From: Marsupella aquatica
Lineage: Eukaryota; Plantae; Marchantiophyta
Assembly (NCBI GenBank): GCA_973895155.1
Contig: OZ316897.1
Coordinates: 15,623,375-15,687,374, forward strand
DNA: 64,000 bases
Reading direction: 5' to 3'
The notes under the pieces are model-generated. The model was given only the letters and a program-made list of their open reading frames with translations, made no database searches and was not told the origin of the DNA. Both the position numbers and the translations under genes were made by a program. This document shows positions 1-13,750 of the stretch, piece by piece. Position 1 is the first letter of the stretch; each line of letters opens with the position of its first letter.

Positions 1-779
1 CTGAGATAATAGTCACCGCAACATAGAGTCCAAGCACAACCAAGTGATAGAAAAAATTATTTAAAATTTAAAATTTTTAGAGAAATTAATATCATATATA
101 CATTATTAATACTCAAGTTTTTTCAAACTTTAAAGTTCTTATCCAATTCTATAAGTCTCAATTTGAATAATTATTTTTTAATAATATTCAATTTTTTATT
201 TTTAATCTTGGTTGGGTTGAGGTAGGTTATGGGTAGCTTGGGCAGAGGTAATCCAGATTAATAGAGATATGGATGGATCCTACATTTACAGAAAAACAAA
301 TTTTTACTTAAGACCTAGGATTGTTCCCATTTTTTCTTGAGTTTGTAAATAATACCATATCCATTTTTAGAGGATGTGGTATATCACTTATGATACTCTT
401 GCATACAACTGGGTTAGGTACATTTTTGTCTTTTTTCCCACCATTAGATTCTTTTTTGTGTGAAAAGTGCATGCAACAGGGTTAGTTACAGTTTTTGTTT
501 TTTGTGTACACCAATTGATTACTGTTTGTGTGAAAAGATTTACTGTACTTTTTGGTTCACACTATATTTAATTTGCTTTTGGTTTTATCCCTTCTGTTTA
601 TTGGTTATTTCTTTTCTTGGCACTGTATTTTTGAATGACGACCACTGCATAAAAAGGCGCAACCTTGTATTATAGTTCTTGATATGTTCTTCATGGCTAA
701 ACCTGCCCCCACCCTATTTAGAACCCTGTGTCTATTGTGTTGTTGGCCGCTCGGTTGGGGGCATGGTTTGTTCACTATG

Positions 780-1001
780 GCGTGGACTGTGGTGGACCGG
801 ACATAAACACGATGTGTGTAACACAGAACTTGTTGTGGTCAACTACACAGTTTGGCACCTCACAAGAACAGTGAGTACAACTCATTAAGAGGGGGCCTAC
901 TAGATAAAAAATGTTTCCTAGGGGCCTATTAGGTAAGAAAAGTTTTGTAGGGCCCATCAAGTAAGAAAGTTCCACCTGAGGGCCCATCAAGCATATATCT
1001 C
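780..1001. mobile_element. Right arm of a Mutator-like (MULE) non-autonomous TIR element, same family as 33669-41830
   Basis: Ends in GGGCCCATCAAGCATATATCTC at 1001, nearly the reverse complement of the left TIR at 33669 (GAGATATAAGCTTGATGGCCCC). It carries ~31-bp GGGCCC/TAAGAAA subterminal repeats. 830-1001 aligns by eye with 34662-34687 joined to 41723-41830. Left end not securely placed. Confidence 0.7.
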
Positions 1002-4000
1002 AGTCCACTCTATCTTTGAAGGTTTCCAAGGGCATGAGGGTCCTTCAGTCTGTATTTTAAAAAATTATCCAAGGTGCCTCCCCACTTGCCTGCAGAATAA
1101 GGAAAGTTGGCTACCACTTGCATGTGGAGTAAGGAAAAGTTGGCTACCCCATGTGCTTTGGGTTTGGTTTGCAGCCAACTGGCTAATAGTCTCTTGCTAT
1201 AGTAAGTTGATTGGGCTAATCCCAAAGTTTGATAGTGCACTCACATGTGAATGGTAGGTTGATCAGCTGCTCTCGTTTATAAAAACAAAAACTAAGACAT
1301 AATTATCTCTGTTGGGGAATTGAACCCCGTTGCTGAGTATGTCACAGCCTTCCAAGGCAGGGCTTCAAGGGAGAATGCCACCGACAGGAGCTGCAAATTT
1401 GTTTGGGAAGAGGCACAGATAGGGTGTCTACTTGTGGCAACTTGCGAGTGGTGTTAGACAACTGGCAGTGACTAGCAACTATGTACATTAATTGCATGGT
1501 AATGAGCAGCGTGCAAACAACCTTTATCTTGCCTAGGGCTTGCTGGTGAATGATGTCATGGTTCCAAAATTTAGCCCAAGAATCATTCGCCACCCCCTTT
1601 CTCCGTAGGTCAAGATACACTATTCCCCTTTTTATAAGGCAAGTTTTTAATTCCTTATAATAGCCTGCTATCCAATTGACCATGCTAGGTTCAATTTCCA
1701 TCTACTAGACTCTAACTTGTACCTCTCAACTGAAGGAATCCAATTAAAAATGTAATTTTAAAAAAAAAATTAAAAAAGTTTTGATATAAAGAAATTTGAT
1801 CAAAACCAAATTATATAGCATTTTTTAATAGGGGGTCTAGAACCAAACTAGCCAGTATTTTGGGATTTTCATAAAAATTCTAAAAATATTATAATAAAAA
1901 TTACAACATATTTAATATTATGTGGAAAAAATGAAACCTTTTGATATGACTTGAAAAACTTTTAAATTGAAAACCCAGGTTTTCTCAAATTTTTATTTAC
2001 GGACCCCACTAGAGGTCCCTTCCAAAATTCCTAGCACCACAGCGTGCCACATCAACAACAACCGCAACAAACAAGACTCGTCGGATTTGTGAATCAAACT
2101 TATAGTTTCCATTTGTGTTTGTGTCAATTTGGGTGTAAATTTTAGGACGCCGTGCCATAAAAAGAAAAGTAAAAACATTGGAAATACAAATAGCAAGACG
2201 GTTAAAACTGTCACTATGTAACCGTTTTAGTTACATTTCCAATTTTAAAACTTAAATTCAAAGATTTATAAAAAGTATTTTTCATATAATAAATAATGAC
2301 TAATAACTAACTTGATAACTTCCTTGTTAAACCGCAACTCCCGGTATGTAAGGACCTCTCGTATTGTACGGCCATTAATGCTGGGAAGAGCACATAGAAA
2401 CCCAGGATCGGGGAAGAGGAATGGCTGGAATCTTGAATGTTCATCGAATTTTATATTCAAAACTATTTACTCACTCTCAAAACAAAAAATACCCAGTCAT
2501 AGATCTCATTGAGATCTTTCTTTTGCACCCTAGATTGCCTTCTAACATGGATGAATAAGATTTCTAGAGGCATTACAAAATGGACGGCAAAGATCGTAAA
2601 ATCAACAAAATCGACGGCTAAGAAGGCTTGGATTTGTTTAATTTTTCATTTGAAAAATATTAACCCATTTGCAAAACGGACAGAACCCGAGATAAGAAAT
2701 GGAGACGGCTCAGATTGACTCTTCCCCCTGATTTTATTAGCCAAGGAGTCCACGAACTAATTTTTCTCATAGCCAACTTTTAAGTCCATATAAAAATGTA
2801 CACCCATGCATATTATAAGTTGCGGAACTCGACTACCTTAACACTTAGCTTCGGTGTTGCTGACTTCGGCGCCGAGCTCCCTTATGGTCTAGGCCCGGAT
2901 AGGCCATCCAGGGATGACTTAGCATGGGGAGACTTGTGGACAATAGGGCATGGCACTCGCGATGGCAAGGCGCTAAGCCGATAACACACACTAAGGACTT
3001 TGACGAGCTGAGGGCTGGTCGGGTCAAGGGTCGTGCTCAAGGTCAACTATCCGGACCCCCGGATGGACTTTGACTTCTGAGGGCTTGAGTGAAAGCTCCT
3101 CTTGGGCCCAAGGCGAATGGAGTTGACTCCATGGGCAACGGACGCTTGGGACACGAGTTATGGCCTGATCCGGGTTTTGGCTGATCGGGGGTCCCAAGGG
3201 ATGATGGGATCTGAGGGCCTAGGCATGAGCACTGGGTTGTCCCGATCACAACAGGCTAAGGCACTTTGCTTGTGTCCGCGTAACTAGAAAGTTATGGGCA
3301 TTATCAGTTGGTGGCGCGCCTAGACATGCAGGTTGGGGTCCAGGTGGGTGGCCAAAATTTGGGGACCAAAGTTGGTCCGAGGGTGGCAGGTCTCCAGAAG
3401 CATATCTAAGGAGAGTGGTGTCTCCCTAGGGGCTAAGGGCAAGCCAAAGTCGTGAGCCGCGGCGGTCACAACACTAAGGAAAAATGTCAAACGACAATGG
3501 CAATAACTTCCCAACAAGAAGTCCATTGGGGCACTTCTTGGGTGTGTTGGGACAATCTCAAGGAAGGCTACATCATCCTGAGCTCAGCTGGGTCTATGAG
3601 TGCCATAGCTTCTTGGGGCTTGCGAGGGGCTATCTCGCCCACTTGCCAAATCCTACCGAAACACGTCCAGTCTCTCAAGGGAGCCTGCGTTGGGGGAGGC
3701 AAGGCCAAATAGGCGTGTAGGTTGAGTTCCAAGGGCACTTGGTCCCTAGACCATCATTGGGGCAAGTAGCGGGAGTTGGTTGCTATAGTCGGAAACAATC
3801 CGGTCCCGGCGCGCTTGTTGGGACAAGCTTTAGGACAAGCTGCACTATTTGGGTCATGAGCATGTCCTAGGGGCAGGGCAGTCACTTGGTGATGGATAGG
3901 TACGAGGGGGAACCCGGGCTGCATCCAAGGAAGGAGTTGTTATAGACAAATAGTGGGTGCCAGTTCTAGTTTTGGCTTATGGCATCAAGAGGACCTATCG

Positions 4001-4359
4001 TTGACCTACTTATCAATGTCTGTTGAGCTTGAGTTAGGATGCTAGACTTGGGAGATCTAGATCTTGAGGGGTTACTTACCAAGACGCTTGGTTGTTTGTG
4101 CAGACCATGAGGACCGTTGAGTAGCGGTCGTGTTGGAGGGCAAGTGCGGCTTTGTATGGGGGGGCTGCATGCGGTGCAAGGGGCATCAGGTTGCTTGCTC
4201 GAGGTATTTCATGGAGGCGTTCGGGCATCAAGGGCACTGGGTGGCAAGGTCCACCACTTTATACAAGAGTTGCATACTTGGGCGAATCTCACCCACAAAA
4301 AATGGCTGGTGGGGATAGACTTGGGAAATTGTACATCAAAATGTGACATTATATGGTGT

Positions 4360-5020
4360 ATAGCTCAATCCCGTGCGTTGCACAAAAGATGTTGTGTATG
4401 TACAAAAAAGATCTCGTGTTGCTCAAGATGTCGAAAAAAAAATGTTGTCACCCAAGATGTCATTAAGAAAGAAAATAGTATTCCCAAAAGATGTCGTTAA
4501 GAAAAAGAATGTTGTGAAGAAAAAATATGTCGTGTCACCCAAGGTGTCATTAAGAAAAGAGATATTGTGTTAGCCAATATATCGCTAAGGAAAAAGATGT
4601 GGCACCCAAGATGTCCTTAAGAAAAGAGACGTCATGTTGCCCAAGATGTTGTTAACAGAAAAGATAACGTTAAGACAAATTAAAGTTGCACAAAAGATGG
4701 CATGGTGACAAAACGATGTGGATTGAGGTGAAAAAAGATGTTCAGGTGAGAAAAAGAAGTTGAAGTGAAAAAAGATGTCAAGGAGAGAAAAGATTCAAGG
4801 TGAGAAAAAGATGTCGAGTTGAGGAGATGATGTTGAAGTGAACAAAGATGTCGATGAGAGAAAGAGATGTCGAGCTCAAAAAAAGAAGTAAAGTTGAGAA
4901 AATAACACATCAAGGAGAGAAAAGATGGCAACATGAGAAAATATCTTAAGATGAGGATTCAAGGGTGAGAGAAAGATGTTGTAGTGAAATAAAAATGTGA
5001 AGGTGAGTAAAGTTGTTTTT
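4360..5020 (-). mobile_element. Non-autonomous Helitron-like element: degenerate 3' terminus plus AAAGATGT minisatellite
   Basis: CCCGTGCGTTGCAC at 4370-4383 is the reverse complement of the common plant Helitron 3' hairpin GTGCAACGCACGGG. The terminal CTAG has decayed (ATAG at 4360). A degenerate array follows and ends in GTAAAGTTGTT, as in the copy at 11096-11690. Confidence 0.55.
4385..5010. repeat. Degenerate ~17-19 bp minisatellite (approx. GAGAAAAAGATGTCAAGGT)
   Basis: Dozens of AAAGATGT(C/T) cores; explains the K/V-rich and F/S-rich spurious ORFs here. Confidence 0.9.
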
Positions 5021-8000
5021 GCCTTGAAAGCCAAAAGTAGACCCATCCAACAGAGGATAGAAGTTCTACTTTGGAAAATGTCACTGTAGGGTAGCCCACA
5101 AGGGGGGACTACACCCAGAATCCACACACAAGATTACTAGTTCATGTATTTAGGGCAGAGAAACACACACATTAAACTATTGGCAAAAAGAGCTCAATTT
5201 TCACCTATTTGCCCGGCCATTTATATTGAAAGAGAAGTGGATTTCAATCTTGAATTTCCTGTGCCAACATTTTTCAATTCAATATATAAATCAAGAGCAC
5301 ATTTTCAAATCTTGAATTGTAATCTCCATGTTCTGCTAATAGGGGATATTGATGGAACAAAACTAGGAAATAGTGCCCGATGATTCAGTGTTCATCTAGC
5401 TGATATGGAAAGCATGAGAGCAAGCTGGATTTTCTTCTTCAACCATGCATGCTTCCTACTTGTCCATTGTACATCATAGACTGCACCCTATCGCTAGACT
5501 AATTTTTCAACCTCCAAATCAATCATCACCCATCTTGATGATAATATCATGGCAAACGTTAACTTATTAAGTGTTTCTAATGAGCAAGTTCAAAATCTTC
5601 TCATTGTCTCTATGATTCTACCTCTAGAAACTGGGTATTCCAAATTTTGTTATGTTCCTAAGAGTGATGAGAATATATGAATCAGGGAAATTTGTTCAAG
5701 ATTCCTCAGTGGCCCGTCTACCTTGGAAATGCTGTTGGATTATTTGCTTGATTGCCTTTGAAACACAATTTTTGGCACTAGTTTTCATAAATTAGATTCC
5801 TTCTGTCTAAGCCATAACCCCTTTTATTTGGATGCTTTGAGATTTCAGATGTGCATGCATCAGGCCCTAATAAACACTTCCCATCAACTGGTGTCCCACC
5901 AATCTTGAGTCCAGTGTGTACTGCTCTTCATCCTCCTTCATGCAACAACACATACTCCACCGATCCAAAAACAAAAGAATATACATTTGATTATTACTTG
6001 GTAACTATGGGTTTCATGATGCAATATTATATATCAATTAGATTTGCTGTTTTGTTGGAGAAGCTGCTTACTGGTAAAATCCTGCTTGGTCTATTGAGCA
6101 AAAGGATAAGATGTTGAGTGCAAAGTGGCTAAAGAGTACAGACCATTTCCCAATCATAGAAAGAGTACAGACCAAATCTTCCAATCATAGAGATTTGGAC
6201 CATGAATCTGTCCTCACTAAATGACATGGTTGCATATAGGACTAACTTCAGTCACTACCTTTGAGATTGATCAGAGGAATGAGTGCGGATAAACCCACAA
6301 TCACTGTCCATGCCATGTCACGGAATACAAATGTGTGGTCTTTCAATTTGAGACGCTGCAGGAGACTTGCCCAAATCACCAATGCACCCAAATAACACCA
6401 GTGGATAATGCTCCGGGCCTTTCAAGCATAGGACCAGCACCATCAGGATACGACAAAGTCATCCTGAAGATATGCAGTGGCGACCCAAATCATGCTCCGC
6501 ACTTTGATCAATCATATGTCCCTTCCTTTACTACGGATGCACAAGACAGATTCACTCGACAGAGCAATCACTGGTTTTGCCAGAGTACGAAGTAAAATCT
6601 TGAAATCTCAGTCATAGGTTACATCTGCTCATTTGTAAATTCTCCGTTAGCTTAATCATTTGGCTTGCAATGCAATGTCAAGATCACAAGAGGATAGAAA
6701 CACATTAATTAAAAAAACAACTCATTGAGGTCAACAATTAAAACCCAGCTGCTCTAGGAATGTCAAGAGCAATTTAGTCTGCATTAATCTCCTCACAACC
6801 ATAACTTCCTCCCAAAACAGCAAATAATGAACACTAAATAAATCAGTTTCGAATGGAGCAAAACATCAGTGTGAGCGAATATGGATTTTTCTCAAACTGA
6901 CCCAGAATTAGCCCAACTGTACATTATTTTGGCTTTAATCACCTCCACTGAATTTGAACTAAAGAGTAAACTTGAGAAACTTTTCAGCTGAAATTTAGTT
7001 AGGTTAAGTTACACGATAAGATGTTCAAGTGAAATGACGTGGCATTGTCATTAGGTGCATGGATTGGCTACACAGCTCGTGTTGAGAAGAACACAGGCAT
7101 GGCACCAGGCTTGAAGGAGGACCTATGGGCACAATGCCAGTGGGAGAGAGTAAACGTATAACTCTCAAAATGTGACCGCTGTTGTTTAAATTACTTCATT
7201 TGATACATCATCTCTAAAAGCTATTCCTGAAACTTTTATGGTCCCACTTGCACAGTTTAATTTTCTCTCTGTTTTCCGATTAATTGGATTCCATCTATTG
7301 CTAAATTGCTTGAATATCTATGTACAATTGCCATGTCCAGTTTATACTAGACAGATCTTATACCTTTGATGTTGTGAAAAAATTCAGAGGATTTGGATTA
7401 TAAGTTTGAATATGGCTCTGACAGGTAGCACTTTCTTGAATTGATGAATGGTTTGTCAAATGTGAAAGTGAATTGGATTGATAAGGTTTTGATTACTAAT
7501 TTTCTTAAATCAGACTAATTTAGCTGGCATATCAGTGGTAGAACAACTCTAGAGGACAACTATTGTGCATGTGCCTACCAATTCAAATTTATGGTGATAA
7601 TTCTTACATGACCTATTGCTATGCAGAGTTTGGTTAATCTTGGAAATGATCCTTGTTATGAAAGATATTCAGGAATCTTCTGTACAAAGGCTTACAAAAC
7701 TTATGTACTAGATCATTCCACCTTCCTGCCTTCACTGTGGCTATTTTAATATCTCTAAGGCGTGAGGTAGATTGCAACCATTTAGATTACATGGAATATT
7801 GTCCAAATGGGATTATATTGAGATTGGAAAGGGAATTGTGTCTCTGGAGAAGCCCTTTCAAAGCCAATTCAATGGTTGGCAGCAATGACAACGTCTAAGT
7901 GCATCTCACACTTTTTTGTAGCAATCTTGATATCTGTAGCCTTATATCACATTTGTGACATCAAACACTTGGCCAGTTTCTTCTAGTTCTATTTTGAGGT

Positions 8001-11000
8001 ATCAGACACTTGCAGGCTATTTTTCCTCTTTATATTCTGAGGAGGATGGAACCCAAGTCATATAGAGGGGACAATCCACACAAAAGGAATAAGATGGGAC
8101 AATCCACAGCTCCTTGGGGAAGAAGCTCCTCTAAAGCATCTGCACCACGTGGGGTGTTAAGGTTGCCTGATCATTTATTAGCTTAAACATCCATTGTTTT
8201 GTCCCTCCAAGCTAGCTTACATGGATCTTAAATATATCTCAGGACATCAGCTCTGGGGTAAAGTGAACAGAAACTAAGGCATATGATCTTTCCACACAAA
8301 AAGCCCTTGAGTTGCTCGATGGGATTAAGTTAAACTTATTTACTACCACTGACTAAAGCTTACTAGCTATAACCACGAGCAGTCGTTTCTACTTGTTGCT
8401 GACAATTCGCATCAAAGATTTCAATATTAGTTGTGGCATTCAGCTTAGAAGTCAACGTTTTTTCTTAAGATTGTGTTTGAATAAGCATGAGTTCCTTGTG
8501 CATCGTCTGAAACTAAAGCTACACCTGGTATGGTTGTAGTTGTGTGCAATTGCATTTCCAAAATGTCAACCTGCAACTGGTGGCTTAGCACCAACAGGGA
8601 CTGCCAATATATATGGGCCTGACAGCCTCTTACCTGTCCAACAAAAAAGTATAATGTACACCATCACAAAACCATGCCGGACCATTTGCTACAATGTCCT
8701 GCGAAAGTGTGACATTCAAGTTCAGTTCTCGGTCAGTACAAAATAAGCCCTGAATAGATAATTAAGCATTACACTACAGATAACTCTGTCTTGTTAAAAA
8801 TCATAATTTATAAACTGTTCTAATTATTCATTCCCTTCTAGTAACATGTTTTGACATGTAAGAAAAAAATCCCAAAGATGGGTGCTCAAGATTACATAGT
8901 TGAAGACCAATTCACCTTGTAATAAACATAAGACAGTGACTGTTGTTTGTTGACTCCAGTTGGGGAAAAGAATGTAAATAAACTGATTCTGATGAAATAG
9001 ATTCTTCATAAATTACTCATTACTCAATGGAATGACCATACTTGTTAAGTTGCATCTGTTTGACTCATAGGGTCAGTATATGAAGGGCCATATATGACTT
9101 GCAAGGGTTTAGGTTAGTTATGACCCAGGCCTTAATCATCAGCTTTGAAAGGAATTAGCTGTCTGATATTATAGCTACACCCTTCTAACACTTTGCTATC
9201 TTAACTTATTGAAAATTATTGAAAAAGAATTGTGTCATATCCTATTTGAAGATATTAAATTAATCCCTTGAATTAAAGTACAGAGAATAATTGATTGTAC
9301 AGTTATTGTGAAGAAAGAGAGGCGCAGCAATCTTGGACAGAGCGCGTGGTACAGGCCATAGAATTTATTAAAAAAAATTAAGTATTAAATATCATATCAG
9401 AAACTCAATAATTTGCAGCATAATCGTGTAGCAGAGTGGTGATGGCCTTCTGTGGGATCTGGTGGGTCGGGGGTTCAAGCTTTACTAACAACAATTCTTT
9501 TATGTCGAGATTATTTTCAAGGGAAAAATTATATAAGAATCGTGGAAAAGAGGACAAGAGCAACATTGGAAAACAAAGGATTTTGAAATAACAAATAAAA
9601 TATAAGGGGATCTCAGACAAATTAAAATCTGATGGAATAACAAAGAAGACAACCTTCATAGGCCAAATTAAAACGAAAATAATCACCAAATAAAATGGAC
9701 TAGGAAGAGTGAAACAGAGATTCCCACACATAGCAATGTCTGGACAAAGTTGGCTGTCTGAGTGATAAGCTGAATCCCTCTAATAGGTTTTCTAAACCTA
9801 CCATATAAATCAATCCATCCCCTGTTTTATGGAAAGCATGTTTCAACCCCTCTAGTACCCTCTACTTCATTAGAGCATCATCATGGTATCATGTTTTACT
9901 AACTGGCAGGACTTGTTTCAAAACAACTAAGTAATCCAACATCAAATAAGTTCTAAGTATGATTTTTCATCTTGTAGTGCCATCTCCGAGAGTCTCGTGA
10001 TTGGGCAGACTATCCTGGCTGCAATGTTGCAGGCAATGCTGAAGGTGGTATATTACGTATATAAGTAAATGTAAACCACTTTTGTCTTTGTTCTGACTCG
10101 GATGTGAGGAAATTCAATTTCTCATCTCCAAGATCTGAGTTGGAAAGAAGTGTTTCAATGATTCATTGTGGGGCTCTGAGGAGAGCTTGTTCAGTCTTCG
10201 CTAAAGTGCTATTCACAATCTAGATCATGTGTGGCACATCTGAAGGATATAGTATGTGCAATATCACAACTACAAGGTCAGACATTTATGACCACGATAC
10301 TTTGATTTGCCATCCTCTGGAGTATGTAGCTCACTTAGGCTGCAATAACTTTTTCCAATGCTACATCATTCATAGCATGCTGTTAAATATGTAAATTAAA
10401 AATTAAAAGCCATTAAAATGACAGTGAAGGTTTCTCAAGATACCTTGTAGCTAGCATGGGTTGGGACTCAAGGGCACATAATGTAAACAAGTTTACCTCA
10501 GAGGCGACATGATGTTCAGATAGACAACAAATTACATCGGACCTTTTTTCATAATGAGTGTCAGTGTCTGAATGCAAGCAAATTTGTGCATTGGAATGGA
10601 TTGTTTCCACACTAAAGTCAATATATAATCTTGGTTCCACTGATGGTTTTTCTAATGCTTCTCTTTGAAAGGACACGTAAGACACACTCTAAGTGAAAGG
10701 CATGTTGTATTGAAGTCTAAAATCAAGCCCCGAAGAACTTCAGGTCTAGATTTTCCCAAATTGGCTGCCAAGGAAACCTGCAGGTTTTGCTTATCAGCAA
10801 TGTTGAAAGGTGGAGAAATGTGGAATGGAATTAGATGTGAGATGTGCCATAGAATTAGATTCAGCCAAATTCTGAGGATGAAGGAATCTGGATTGTTTTT
10901 CATCCTTTTGTGCTCAAACTGATCAAATGAGTCACCTTTTCATTTCATTTTATTACTCTAGAAAGGTGTTATCCAAGTAAAAATATATGTTTTGAATGAT

Positions 11001-11095
11001 CTCATGTAAGCTTACAAATCCTATCCAACAGCTCAACGCTTCTAATGAGGATCAATTTGAGCTTAATATGGTTCTGATGGAATATTATGATCGAT

Positions 11096-11690
11096 CTAGC
11101 CTGATGCCCGTGCGTTGCACTTGAGGTGAGAGCAAGATGTCGAGGAGAGGCAAAGGCACGGTTTTGAGGTGAGGCAAAATAAGTTGACAAGAGGACATGA
11201 TTTTGAGGCAAAGCAAAAGAGTTGAGGCAAGGGCAAGATGTCAAGGAAAGGCAAAGATAAGGAGGTGAGGTAAAGATGTTGAGGTGAAAAAAGATGTTGA
11301 TGAGCGAAAGAGATGTTGATGTGAGGAAAGAATTCCAGGAGAGAAAAGGAGGTCGAGGAGAGAAAAAATGGCAAGGTGAGAAAAAGATATAAAGATAAGT
11401 AAAAGATATCGAAGAGAGAAAAGATGTTGAGGGTGACGGAAAGATATTGTAGTGAGATAAAGATGTGAGCAATTAAAGGTAAAATGTCGAGTTGAAAAAA
11501 AATATCAAGCAAGGTTAGAAAAGATGTCAAGGAGAGAAAAGATGTCAAAGGTGAGAAAAATATCGTGGTGAGATAAAAATGTCAATGTCATTAAAAAAAA
11601 TGGCGAGATGAGAGAAAGATGTCAATGTGATTAAAAATTGACGTGATGAGAGAAAGATGTCAAGGTAAGGTAAAGTTGTTGTGGTGGTGT
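11096..11690 (-). mobile_element. Non-autonomous Helitron-like element, second copy of the 4360-5020 family
   Basis: CTAG (11096-11099), then CCTGATG, then CCCGTGCGTTGCAC (11107-11120). On the minus strand this reads hairpin...CTAG-3'. An AAAGATGT array follows (11135-11675) and ends in GTAAAGTTGTT. Confidence 0.6.
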
Positions 11691-12399
11691 TTAATCACCT
11701 CTGCATTGCACATAAAAATTAGAGTCGCGGGATAATGACCACCGCATCTATTCAACCCATGTTCATTTTTTTACCCAAAAATTTTCTGGCCTCCCTGTTC
11801 CCCCACCCCCTTTCTTTCCTTTCCCTCTTGCCCTCCTAGCGCCCCGTCCTTACTTCGCGGCCTCCCCCTTTTTCTTCCCTTTAACACCATTAACAAGATT
11901 TTAAAAGGAGTTAAAGAAATGGGAAGAAAAGACAATTAACCTCCAAAAGATTAAATCTCCTTTTTAAGAGCAAAAGCCAAAATAATTTAATGTCAATCTA
12001 CTCTACTTTGGTACTTCCCCTTAGTGCTCGCTCCATGCCAAAAACCATTATCTGGAGTTAATCTATTTTCATTTTAATGTTCCATTATGCCAAAATGTAC
12101 TCTAAATAGACCATAAAATAATCTACTTCCAATTTAATGCTCCATGCCAAAAAGTACTATAAGCAAACTACAAAATTATACTAACATATTCAAGTACTCT
12201 ATTACATAGTATATCTACTTTGTACTATAAACTACAACCAATCTTAGATACTCATCTCACTCAATCCAAGTGTTTTAAATAATTTATGAAATATCTGACG
12301 GCTGTGCACTGTTCCCTCCTTTTTTCACTTTTGTAACGAGACAATGGACGAAACTGGCGGACGGGTCACTCATTGTGCAAGGGAGTTGTCACAATGTTG

Positions 12400-13750
12400 T
12401 TGTTATGAAGCAAGGTTAGAGCAACATTTCTGTTTCTAATTCCATATCACATCTCTCCATCTTTACCATAAGGCCATTAGAAAAGTTGAAATATTAATTA
12501 TTTGTCTAAGACCTCCATTTGGGTTACACAAGGCACAGGATAAGAATAGTGACAAAAACAAGTTAACCACTAGCTTGATGTCTTTCCCACATTTGGTCTC
12601 CAATAGTACTATTCATATGTCCATTTAAAGGCTTTCAAAACTTCACATCCGTTGGAGACAGAATACGTGTGATCAACATTAGTGAAGTTGGCCTTGGATT
12701 CCTGGTAAGACACCCTTGCGGCAAAATGGTAATGGTGTGGACAACAATTGCAAAATGGAGAGAGCTGGCTTTAAACATAGATTCTTCCATAGGACCTTGT
12801 GGTCCTGAAGAATTGGAGCCATTTGCTCCCTTCATAGCTGGACCAGCAAGATCACAATACACTTGACTTGAAAGTTTTTATAGCTTTGACCAGCTGGCAG
12901 CCAAAGATTGAAAATTGTGAATCGAGCACACACAGAACACCCCTATGAGTAGAAATCAAGATTCTTTGAAATTCACAGCTTGGTACTTAAAGTTTGGCCA
13001 TCCCTCAAAATTTGCCATCTAGATTAACAAGGCCGTCATAATATTGTTGAAATTAATTTTTGGGACCATCACCTGAGAACATGATGTTCAATCTCGATGT
13101 TGTGCTAAATAGGTGCTTGTTCCACTCTTGTGCCTAGCAAAAGCATATATAGTGGTTGGACAAAGAGACATACAAAGAATGGAATACAGCACTTTGAGAA
13201 ATTTTGCAAGAATGGCAGATGCCAACATGGGCTAAAATCTTCATTTAAATTATGAGACATTATTACTATCAAACTAGGACACGAACGAAATGAGGCCTCT
13301 GGACAAACACTAGTACTGTCTGTCGAGTGCAAAGAGAAACATCGGATGATGAGTAAAATAAAGGGAAGTGGCCAAACCAAAAAAAATTGGCCAAGTGGGT
13401 AGGATAGACATTTTTCTTATTCCGAATATATTGCATCATAAACAACAAACAAGGGCCCATTGCCCATTTTTCACATGGCACACTATGAAGGGTGACAAAC
13501 AATGCCTACTGAGTGTAATGTTGACACTCACTGTCTGCAATAGGCATATTAGGGGCAAAGTGATTCACTTTAGGCTGACCAGGGGTCAGAGACATTTACC
13601 ATAGGCAGGACCACTGGTGAGACTAATCCGTTTAGAGACCCTGGTTAACAAAGTTACCACCTCCAAAATCATTTATAATGTGTCCTACAAAAATACTTTC
13701 CTTCATGCTGGATGGTGAGATTGCTGTCCTACCAAGTGAATAATATTGAC
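12400..13750 (-). pseudogene. Highly decayed LINE/L1-like ORF2 (RT) remnant, tentative
   Basis: Minus-strand fragments occur in the expected order across stops and frameshifts: 'LVS...HFAPNMPIADS...TQ*ALFVTL', 'FVCLFVQPLYMLL', 'FGCQLVK...REQMAPIL...LWKN'. They resemble plant L1 RT blocks. No intact catalytic motif was seen. Confidence 0.3.

Noticed and set aside
1010-1701. Minus-strand ORFs possibly from a LINE C-terminal region
   Set aside because: Only a vague Trp/Cys pattern; not assignable without a profile search.
2850-4330. GC-richer, GGG-rich block with many short ORFs
   Set aside because: Looks like decayed repeat sequence; no termini or protein motifs that I could support.
4385-5010. 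Possible CRISPR-like array (also 31161-31570 and 46270-46545)
   Set aside because: No constant repeat with unique spacers, no cas genes, and the context is eukaryotic.
11002-11548. 150-156 aa F/S/L-rich ORFs (similar ones at 4373-5127)
   Set aside because: Translations of the AAAGATGT minisatellite.
11728-11746. GGGATAATGACCACCGCA resembling window start GAGATAATAGTCACCGCA, as possible TIRs
   Set aside because: Short match in the same orientation; no inverted partner found.
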